From the NCBI RefSeq assembly GCF_022539665.2, contig NC_081333.1:13082001-13146000 (forward strand): a stretch of DNA of 64,000 bases. Reading direction: 5' to 3'. A program made the position numbers and the translations under genes. Source of the DNA: Daphnia carinata. Its lineage: Eukaryota. Of this stretch, positions 12,772 through 23,472 are shown piece by piece (within the stretch, counting starts at the first letter, position 1; each line of letters opens with the position of its first letter). The notes beneath the pieces are model-generated. The model had not been told where the DNA came from. It did not search any database and saw only the letters and a program-made list of their open reading frames with translations.

Positions 12772-13783
12772 TCCATAATCGTCGATTACAATAATCCGAT
12801 CGGATTATCGTTGAATATCCAATTTCCGGGAAAAACAAATTGTCCTGTCTGAAAATCCACAAATAAATTTCACTGATTCATTAACTCCAGCCCAACTATT
12901 TAGATGCTTTGTATCTCTTGACGTTTTCCTCCTCATTTACTGTAAAACTGTTGAATCATTTACTCACGAAAGAAAAATGAAATTAGCACTGATAAAATCT
13001 AAGCTCTACTCTTCCATGAGAGACCAAGATTTACACCGGGTTTTGTTTTCACACTGTCATCGCCTTGGCGAAGAGAATTTGTTTTTTAAATCTCGACTGG
13101 AATGGTCATGTAGTCGAACTTAATACAAATAAGTCTAATCAACTCTTTCTCAAGTTGTATTTTTGCGTCAATTGTCCGGTAGATGGTTGAACGAGGAGAC
13201 TGTTTGGCCACAACTTCAATGGAAGTTTCAACTGAAAAAAGTTGAACTTCTTTGGTCCAAACCACCGTTGACCTTCAGCTGAACTTCAAGTCCTTCTCTT
13301 TATATTTGTTTAGCTTCAACTTTTAGTCCCCATGATGGGGAATTATTCTGATCAGCTTGTCGTGGGTGGTATACAAATGGTTTGGTTAGGATCTGTCGGC
13401 CAATCACGTTTGCTGCCCGGACATGAAATGTTATTACGAAAGAGATCAAGGGTGTGCTGTATGTTACAATTTGGGCATTTCCATCCTAATGTCGGGTGAA
13501 TAAAAGGGGCGGCGTGGTGGCTGGCAAGAGGTGACATCTGGAACGGTGCTGCAATGTGGTTATTCAAAGTAAGACGCAACGCGAACCATCGAGTTTCGAA
13601 CCTTGAATCATTTTTTTTTTAAGAGTCGAAGCTGTCTTTACACAATCATTTAAAGAAAAGTTCACTGCGTTAAGAAGCTATTCGTCTACTGCATACGACA
13701 ACTGGTGGCCAACTCGAGAACTAGCCCTACTGCGCTTTTAATTCCGCATTTTAGCTTGGGGACGTTCTTGCAACAATAGAATT

Positions 13784-14017
13784 CTTAAGATTTCGTCCAC
13801 GTTGTGGTAGGTAAGATTTGTATTGTGATGACTCAAATCGAATGGGCATTCCATACTTTGCTTTTATCTGTTGACATCGTGTTTGATCGAGAATGTAATC
13901 GAATCAATTAAGTGCGGGCTTGAATTGTGTCTGCACAAAAGATGAAGTGCGTCCCATTCATCGTCATCCTTTGCGTTTTTGTCAATGCCAAATTCGACCA
14001 AGAGTTTAATCGTATCG
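13784..14017 (-). pseudogene. Decayed 3' fragment (C-cap + ~1.5 ankyrin units) of a kinase-ankyrin gene
   Basis: cttaagatttcgtccacgttg...gtaagatttgtattgtg and attaagtgcgggcttgaattgtgtctgcacaaaagatgaagtgc...aagagtttaatcg match 23481-23720, with indels. Confidence 0.8.
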
Positions 14018-15147
14018 TATTGCTCCTACAAACTTTAAGAAAACAGACGGCGTCACTTACACATGTGTTCCCACAGCTTTTTAGGCCATGTTATAGATAT
14101 TCTACCTTCGGCCTTGACATAGAAGTGTGACACCACATGTTGTATGGTAGACATGCTGTAGAGTTTAGATATCGAACCGACGTGCTCAACGAAATGGGGA
14201 TCGATGGCGGATATGGGTCGTAGTTGGCTTACTGTAGAAATATCTATTGGAAAGATTATGCATTTGAATACGTTCGAAAAAGATCAAAGTGAACTGTAAT
14301 TCTTTTGATTTAGCAGTGTCAGCAGAGGAAAAACCAGAAAAGTTGATTGTGACGTCATTAAGCAATACGCATCAACCTCGGATTCGATTATCGGATTGGA
14401 ATAGAGCAACTCGTTGGAAAAAAAATGTTGAAACATCATCGCCAATATTTACTGATCGTCCAATGGCCCAGATAAACAACAAGAAAAGGTAAGTTAATCA
14501 TTAAAATGAAACGAATCATTATTTTAAAAAATAATCAAGATACGTTTAAGCAGAAAATGAACTGTTGCAAACATCGTTTGGCCATTTCATCATGCATCGC
14601 CTTGGCGCTGAATCCCCAAAAAATAATTAGAAAAACGATGGACGTCAGTACAGTTGAAATGGCGCTGGTCAGCTCGACCTCGAGCAAGCCAATCATCCAG
14701 CAGCAAAGTATACAAGTAGTTAATGTAAATATGATGGACCGTCTGCTTCATCGCGTCGATATCTCGTGTCGGCATCAGCCACTGGCGTCTTCTCCGTCTC
14801 CCCTCCCTCATCCTTGACTTTTGCTCCATCCGATATTCATCGTCAACACAAATTTCTTCACGTCGCCTATCATATCATTGAAGTGAAAGAACTGCTGCGA
14901 CTGCATACCGTCCCCAAACTTCGCACTACGCAGTAGCAGCAGAACAAGTGTCCAATCTATCGCACATCTCGACGAACCAGTTCCATTACTCGTCGCCAGC
15001 AGCCAGAGATTTTCTACATTTTGTGGTGCGGTTTGTTAACGGATAAAAAAAATCATATCTCAAAATGATGTCGTTTCATTGCCTGTTAAAGTGTTTCTCT
15101 TTTTCGCATTTCAGGTAACGTTGAATAGGGGAGTTGAAGAAAAAAAA

Positions 15148-18100
15148 ATGAGGCGGGCGAATAGGCCTCCAAATGGTGTGTTCCTGGCCGGCTTGGTCGG
15201 ATTAGCTATCGTTTTCATCTGTGGCTTTATGTCTACCGTAGTGACAGCGCAGTTAGAAAATGAGGAATCGTCTTTGCCCGATGAGGTATCATAACTGCTA
15301 ATTAGTTTTTTTTTTAAGATGGATAATTTATTTAATTGAAAATTAGATGATGACGATTCATAAAGTCGGTCGTAGGAGGATTCCCGTTCGAGTAAGAATT
15401 AATCACGAAGAGGAAACAATTTGGTCGGTTCCAGTTTCGACACACGGTGACCACCATGAGCTGGAGACACTCTACGATTTCAAATCTGTAAATATCGATT
15501 TTCATTTAGAATTTTTCATCGTTTGACTTTCTTTGTTTTTTCCTTTAAAACATCAATAAAATTCAGGGAATCGCAGTTTATCGGGCCGAAGGCGAAAACA
15601 TCTGCTACGTGGAACAACTGGTCGACCTCAGTTTCGATCAACTGTTGAAGGCCATTAAAGAGCAATCGCTTCACGAAGTGTTTGTCAGACAGGCGCCCCG
15701 CACATTATACATCGTCAATGCAACGGTATTTTCCTATTTAATTCCGCAGCCAAACGTTTTTAAACTGATTTGTTCTTATCTTTACACAATGTGGAATACT
15801 GGTGAATAATAGACGGAACCGACCGATGCGCGATTAAATGCCATCTGTGAAGGAAGAGAAATCCACATGTTGATCAGCGATCCGGAACAAGCTAATCAAC
15901 CAATTGAAGGTATTTACCTATAATTTTAACAACGCCATCTAGTGCTCGATTTCAAAATCAATTCCCGAAACGCAGAGAGCAGTGAGACGCCCAAAGTGAG
16001 GTCAAAGAGATCAGCTAACCCATGGCAACCGACTTCAAGTTCGGCGTGGGCCAAAGCCACACTGGACTCGGCTGAATCTCGTACTAATGGAAACGGATAC
16101 GCCCAGGCTTACAGCAATTTAGGCGAGGATTCGTCCTACCCTCCTACCAAAAATCACAGACGATTGGAAGCTACCAGCGCATCGGGCACATTTGCCCGAC
16201 GACCGGACACTCGTAACCTCGAGTCCAACAGCGATGGTCAATTGCAACAAGGAAGACAAATGTCTCAGTTCAGTTTCCAGCAATCGTTTCAATCACCTGA
16301 AAAGGGACACTCCATGTCCTCGTTCTCTTCACCTTCAATGATGGGCGGCTCTCCGATGGAACGATCGGGACTGTCGAATAGCTTCAGCAGTTCCAGCTCG
16401 TTTTCTCACTCTTCTCTGATGGACGCCTCTGATTTGCAATCGATGATGATGCCCGTTGGACGTCATATGCCTCAAGGCAACACTAAAGGACCTGGCAAAG
16501 GACCGGTAGCTTGGACTGGCTCCATTCCTCGTGATGCGACCGTCACCCAAGAGGCTGGATCGTCTCAGCTGACGTACACTTGGAAAGTGCAGGATGCCAA
16601 CGGTTACTCAACGACCCATTGGTATACAGGACCATTGGGCCCCGACAGAACTCCCATTCGAATTCAAATGCCTTCAGAGCTGGACGTAGGTGGTCCGAGT
16701 CCCAGCATTTTGGGAGGTGGCCGCCGACCTGTCAGTTCATGGACTGGCCCCATTCCCCGCGATGCAACCGTCACTCAAACGGCCGGTTCAACTCAGAAAA
16801 CGTACACGTGGAAGGTGACGGACGCCAATGGTTACACGACTACTCACTGGTATTCGGGACCGTTAGGACCTGACCGAGTACCCATCCAATTGGGCTTCGA
16901 TTCCGACATAACGACCAACATCCCCCAGCAGCCACAACCGCAACAACCAGCTCACCGTCGCGTAGCTGAATCGCGGACTGTCCAGCAACAGCAACAACAG
17001 CAATCCATCATCCAACAGCAACAACAACAGCAATCTGTCATCCAACAACAACAGCAACAGCAACGAGTGAGTCAGCCCCAACATCCACGACGCGTCGTAT
17101 ACCAACAACCTCAACAGCCGCAGCAACTTCAACCACAACAGCCGCAACAACCCGACTTCCAGCACATGGTCGGTCAGGTTGAGAGACAACAAGTCCAACA
17201 ACAAGTCCATCAAGTGCAAGAACAACAACGTCAACAGCAATCAACATCCCAATCGACTAGCCGCATTTTGCAGCAACAAAAACAACAACAAGAGCAACAG
17301 CGTCGAGTAGCCATCGAAGAACAGCGACGTGTGGCCATCGAATTGGAACAGCAAAGACGTGCAGCTGCTTTAGAGGAACAACAAAGACTGGCAGCCGCTC
17401 GTCAAGAAGAAGAGGAACGCCAACAAGAATTGGCCCGTCAGAGAGAGCAGCAATTGGAAGAGGAAAGACGTCGCGTGGCTTTGGAAGAGCAACAACGTCG
17501 AATCGCTTTGGAAGAACAGCAACGTCGCGCAGCTCTGGAAGAACAGCAACGTCGCGCTGCCGCCGAAGAAAAACAACGCAGGGAGGAACAACAACGTCGC
17601 GCAGCTATGGAGGAACACGAGCGCAAACAGCAGTTGATCCGCCAGAGGGAACAGCAGTTGCAACAGCAGCGGATCGAACAGCAACGCATCGAGCAGCAGC
17701 GAATCGAACAGCAACGCATCGAACAGCAGCGTCGCGCTGAATTGGAAGAATACGAACGTCAACAGATGAAACGGCAACAGGCGAAGCGACAACAGGAAGA
17801 AGAGGAACGCGTTGCTATGCAAGAATACGAACGCCAACAAGAATTGTACCATCAACAAAAACAATCGCATCAAATGACGTCACATCAATCCATTAATAAA
17901 GAACAAGTGGTCCACCGGGAACAAGTGGCGCCGGGAGACGGACACATGATGGAAGAATCGACTATGTTGAAAATCATGGAAGAACAACAGCAAGAAAAGA
18001 GCCACCAATCAGCGGCTGAAGAGGAACATCATCGACGCGAACATCACTGGACGGTTGGCAATCGCAACGGAGGTCGTCAATCGGTTGCCACTCAACAACA

Positions 18101-19313
18101 TCAACAATCGCAACAGCAAAGCAGCAGCCATGGCAGCAGCACGAGCGTCAACAGTCAGAGGGAATTCGCTAGGAGGAGTCACAGAGATTCGACTCAAGCG
18201 TTTGTCGATCGCGGAGCTAACGGCCACGCAACCAACGGCAACGGTCGAAATGGCCGCGCTGAGGTGGTCACCACTTCGGCCACCAGCCATCAAACGGAAG
18301 CTCACGCTCCTTGCGACACCTGCCAACAATTGAATCAACTAGAAGGTGACATTAAGGACCTTTTCAGCAAACCTTCGTCGAGTCCGTCGGGTAGAGCTGA
18401 TATTCCGATTGAGCACGATCACGAACCAGAAGCCCATCAACCGGACCTCGGCGGTGAAACGGAGCTTGGCATGGAAGGACCTGAAATGGAAACTCAACCG
18501 GAACCTGAGGCTCCTTATCAACCAGAAAGGCAACCAGAGTCTTACGTCCCGGAGCCTTATCAACCAGAACCCGAGCATCACGCACCTGAACCTGAATCAT
18601 TACCAGACACTGAACCAGGTTATCTACCAGAACCGACTGATGTGGGCACAACAGGAGGCGAACCGGTCGAGTACGAAGAAACGGACCAAGTGATTTGCGA
18701 GGAAGATGAACAACAAGGTCAGCCTGGTGATCAAGACTACGGTACGACAGGTGGTTGTGGGGGTGGTCCATCCATGACCGCCACATCTTCCATTTTTGAA
18801 CACCAGGTGTCGATGATCAGCGTCCCGATTCCGGCCATGATTGACCACGTGACCAATAGCAACAGCAGAAGCGGAACGTTTATGTCGTCTCATCACCAAA
18901 CGGCTAATCAACCTTCGTCGACACCCAGTCAGACTTTGCCGGCCCGTCCGCAACCAGGACCGGCCCAAATGCCTCAACCAAAGTTAGTGAGCGGCAGCAA
19001 ACATGTAACGAGCAGTAGTTACTCCAAGACGTACATAAGCAGTGGATTCGTGCCCATGGGCAGTCAACCAGCCAATGTCCAGCCGGCCATCATGATGCCT
19101 TCTATCTCTTCACCTTCCATGTCGTCTTCGTTGTTGTCCAGCTCAATGTCGGCCTCGTCTTCGTCCAATAAAGGCTCGTCGTCGTCGTCGACAATGTGCC
19201 AAGCTTCTGGTTACACAAGGAAATGCCAGATTGTCTACGGTCCCGTGAAAAGGACGAAGATTTGCGAAATGGTACCCATCGAATCGACAGGAAATTGCTG
19301 TTCCATTTGCTGA
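15148..19313 (+). CDS. Secreted BRICHOS-like preproprotein, copy B (2 beta-rich repeats, poly-Q/EQQRR coiled coil, Pro/Glu region, Cys-rich tail); intact
   Basis: Same exon structure as copy A (first exon 15148-15285, last exon 15976-19313). RSKR site. C-terminus CQASGYTRKCQIVYGPVKRTKICEMVPIESTGNCCSIC*. Confidence 0.8.
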
Positions 19314-19721
19314 AAACCTAAATCGTCTATTACGATACATTTTCTTTGTTGATAAAAGTGTGGTTCATCCTTAATTCTTCTTCTATAATAATTTGTTTTT
19401 TAATCTTCTTTCCTTCTTTATATTTTGATTTTCCGCTTGCGCCAAGTTACGTTCATTCACTCATTTCAAATGACGACCGTGAATCTAGTTTTTTTTTATT
19501 TGAATCAAATTCCTCGAGCTCTGATCTTCCGCACATCACACAACTATAGACACACGTTCTCTTCCAGGCTTGCCAATTTGTCTCTAAATTTTGCCTGTGT
19601 AGGCTTTACAAATACACAACTTCCGGTTTAATGCTCTTTCAGGTATTTGCAATTTGACAATTAAAACGAGTTTGCATGTGTAGATGTGTGTATTCATTTT
19701 GTTACCATTGTCAACCATAAT

Positions 19722-19866
19722 CAGCCAGGGATGCTACGTGATGCCTTCTAGTGTGAATAGGAACATTCACATCGGCTTGATTTGCAGACGACAGCCAGTG
19801 ATGTTACGTGATGCCCTCTAGTGTGAAAACGAACAATCACAGCGATAACTTGATTTGCAGACGACA
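19722..19866. repeat. Two-copy direct repeat of ~70 bp between convergent genes
   Basis: cagccag.gatg.tacgtgatgcc.tctagtgtgaa...cttgatttgcagacgaca occurs twice in tandem. Confidence 0.85.
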
Positions 19867-20044
19867 CTTTGACAGTGCGCGGAAATCTACATGATTTGCT
19901 ACGATGCTATTACCCAGCTAAAAACGTTCAACGTTTCAGTCAAATGCAGAGTTTTATCGTAAGGCGTGATTACATCATTTGCCATCGAATAATTTGTAGA
20001 CGAGCTAAAGAATAGAATAGACACAAAGAGAAGGTGAGAGGGAT

Positions 20045-21126
20045 TTAATGTCCAAGGCAGATCCAAGTTGAAGCAAACTCATGGCCAAGTTTGTTGAGAT
20101 CAACCAGATCTTTAACAGTGACGAATTTGCATTGGCAAGCATAAGCGCGACAAAATTTGGCTGCGGCTAGTTTGACGCGCACTCGATCGAATTCCGGCAT
20201 GTGGTTGCGCAAGAAAAGGTAGTCCGTACCAGGTCTCCATCGGTAATGTCTGCATTAACATTTAATTCATCTACATTTCTCTATAGAGGTCTGTAATCAT
20301 AAAAACTTACGCAAATTGGCTGACTCGGAAATCACAGCCCGTGCATCTGAGACTGGTACATACTCTGGCAAATCAAATGTGATGATTACGAACGATTTCT
20401 AAGGTACTCAATGCAATTTAATTCGTACCTAACAGTGTGGCTGGTGTCTATGCTGTCAATGACGCCACTCACGTAGATGGGAAAACATTTTTGTTTTTCA
20501 ACTACGACGGCATCGATGGTAACGTGAGTTGTACGCGTTTCTACGTTGCTGTGATGATGAACGAATGGCGGGGCGGAACGGATCCCCGTCAGCATTGCTT
20601 TGTTTCCCAATGAAAATCCACCTGCACCGCTTTTGTTACTACTAGCAAAGTCGTGACGTTTGTCGGTGGAAGCCAGACGATCACCGGTGATTGGTTTTGT
20701 ACCAACCAATTCCCTGGCACTGGCACTTCGTCGAGGACTGCGTTTGCATCGCAATCCAACCGTGGCCGCATCAGACATTCCACCGGCTTCATCCAGCAAA
20801 TCGGAAAGTTCATCTTCCAGTTCGCGACAGCTTCGTATGTAGATCATAACATTTATTGGCTGAATTGGTTTAATTTTTTATGTAAAAACTTACACAATGT
20901 CGGACGAATGAGCCCTTGTTGTAGTTCTGCTTGCCCCGGTTGCCCCGGTTACCCCGACTGCTATCGGGGCCGATTGATTGTCTTTGTCTCCATGAGTTTC
21001 TGAGGTAATTGCACTTGTTGTCGGCTGAATTGGTTGTTTAGAATGTTTAACCTGCTGCGAATGAAAGGGGCGTGGCAAATATTTCTCTTCCACTTCACGA
21101 AGCAAATCCTCAATATCGTCGGCCAT
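20045..21126 (-). CDS. CFAP418: C8orf37/CFAP418 (retinal maintenance domain) homolog; 4 exons
   Basis: N-terminus MADDIEDLLREVEEKY, KCFPIYVSG, and C-terminal WRPGTDYLFLRNHMPEFDRVR...RAYACQCKF...WICLGH* are typical of the C8orf37 family. Stop at 20045-20047. Confidence 0.85.
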
Positions 21127-21529
21127 GTCTTTTTAATTCTATCCAATCGATCTATTTGTCAAATGAAGCAAATGACTGGCAATCTAGTCCACCATTTTGA
21201 ATGTCACGAAAATTGTTCTGTCTGAGAATCTATAAATAGATTTCAGTGATTCGTTAACACCAACACAACTATTTAGATGTTGTGTATTTCTTGAATTTTT
21301 CTACCTCACTTACTGTAAAACTATTGAATTGAAGCATCCACGAAAGACAACTGAGATTAAGCACTGATCAAATCTAAGCTCTACTCTTCACTAAGAGACC
21401 AAGATTTATATCGGTTTGTTTTCACACTGTCATCGCCTTGGCGACGAGAATTTGTTTTTTAAATCTCGATTGAGCGGTCATGGAATCGATGAAAGACCGC
21501 CCCGGCTGTGACGTAAAGATTCATCTTTT

Positions 21530-23470
21530 TACCCATAGATGGCGTGTATGTTATAAAACGCCGATTTCCCGTCTGCTTCAAATTCTCTCTCATTGCTTCA
21601 TGCTTTAGTCTCTGGTCTGGTGCCTCAATGTGCGCTTGTGAGTTTGAATAAAAACTTGTTCCATAAACGTGCACCTTTTCCGTTTGCTTCTTCGCCAGTA
21701 TGTGTGAGGGTTGTCACCTTTTCTTTGCAGGACATAAAAGCAGGTAAGAATGTTTGTCATGCAATCAATGACGTAATTTGTTTAGACAATTCGTGTCTAT
21801 TGACACGAAAGCAAAATTTTACATTTCTGTCCTATAAACAGTTGCATCTCAGGCTAAGTGTGGGCTAGGCTTACACGCTGGGCAGTTTCATATTTTTCGA
21901 TTCATGGGCTGTCATAACAAACTTGGAAATTTTAGATCTATGTTGCTTGCAACATGTGCCTGTTGCGAGGGGAAATGTTTTAGAAATGAAGAGTCACCTG
22001 CAAATCATTTGTTAGCCTGTAGTATTAAGCTAAATATTTATAATGTCGTTCTTTTTCACTAAATGATGATTTTTTATTTGCCTATTTTTTTTTTGCATAG
22101 TTTGTTGCTGAATGCAATGAGTCCTGGTGATAAAACTGGCAAACTTGGTTTTGAAACCGGCCAATGGTCTAAACCATGGAAACACCATGTAAACACGTCA
22201 GTTGACAATGGGCCACAAATCAGTTCATCATTTAAATCGGAGAGAGTCGAAATCTCAAATGTGTGTGGTGTCCAGCAGATTACCCTCTTTCAACGAGACT
22301 ATATATGGTGCATTTCCAGGTAAGTTTTGTATTCAGGCTTTACATTTTGCAAAACTTCAGAGCTGTGCTCGCGCGTTAGATTGTATAAAGTATCAAATTC
22401 CTTGTAAGATTTTTGTGCGTTTTCCTCGGATTTTTACAAACAAATATTTTAAGTGAAGGTTTATTTAATCGGGACAAAGCCCAGACCTATCATCCATTCC
22501 GTTCCTTTTCAAGCCGCTTGATCGGTTTGCCACGAAATGAGGAGCGCTTTCCATCTTTCGTTGCTCTCTGTATTATGTAAATGGATTAAGAACAAAGTTG
22601 AGTCGGTTTCCTTTACCACACTACTTATTTGACTTTGGCAAATTTCAATTAATATTGTGGCTATGTGTTTGTTGTTGAAATTTCACGCTCATCTTCCCTG
22701 TTAAGGCTGCATTCCTCGATAATTTTACGCCCCTAATATGTTTGCTTCGACTTCACTGACTATTGCGAGTAACTGTTGGCGTTTCAGAATGCCACATTAC
22801 ATACCGTTTGGCTTCGTGTTGTTGATATAGAACTGGATCGCCCTTTAGTTCCCATATGCATAACACCATTTTCACCAATGACTCATGTTTCTCCTAGACG
22901 GGCGGTCTCCAACTATAACAGAGCTGTGTTGGTGGACGTGTGGTCGTTCTTTTTACAGTTGGCTTAGCAAACGGAGAAAGCTGTTTTCCGCAGACAAGTT
23001 AGACAGTTTAATGCTAACGTTTAATTGTGCAAAGCAAATATATTTCTTATTATGGTTGCAATAATAGGCAAGGGAATGATCGAGAGGAGAGGACGAAAAC
23101 AACTAGTTGTTTCCTTATCAAGGAAGTAATTACTAAAAGAAAGGGATCAATTTTTCGTTACGTCTCCTCAAACACGTCCATTCACTTAGGTTATAACTTT
23201 CGCCTTAATCAGGTTCTAGCTGATGGGATGCGCCTTACTTTGTGAGGTAGTCCATCGACCAGTACCTTATTTTTTTTTCGAGTGTTAATTTATTTCACTT
23301 ACATGCGTTGACATTACAGTTCGAAATAAATACTCTTTGCGATTGATCAATTTATGTAGTTAGCTGTGTTTTGCCGAGAATATCATTTATTGCAACGTAG
23401 CGCGTTTTGTGACTTTCCAAACAACCTTGATATCCTTGTAAATGCCATAAATAATATCTCCGAAAATTCA
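21530..23470 (-). repeat. Shared non-coding 3' flank of kinase-ankyrin genes (copy 1)
   Basis: Homologous to 32665-34709 (same orientation) and inverted relative to 43680-45900, 51980-54900 and 58477-60700. Confidence 0.85.
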
Positions 23471-23472
23471 CC

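Larger units (their letters stand above)
7650..14020 (+). repeat. Segmental tandem duplicate (unit A) of ~14024-23720 (unit B), with internal deletions
   Basis: 7651 cctacaaacattaagaaaac... aligns with 14026 cctacaaactttaagaaaac...; the BRICHOS genes are paralogous; 12860-13100 aligns with 21232-21472; 13784-14017 aligns with the ankyrin C-cap at 23480-23720. Confidence 0.8.

Noticed and set aside
13575..13655. tRNA-Lys-like relic on the minus strand (gactcttaa...ggttcgaaac)
   Set aside because: Only a B-box and an anticodon-loop-like word; no A box or pairing stems, so it is not called as a tRNA.
10197..18977. Many antisense and alternate-frame ORFs over the Gln-rich exons (poly-Leu, poly-Val, Cys-rich)
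   Set aside because: Shadows of CAA/CAG-rich coding repeats, with no independent evidence.
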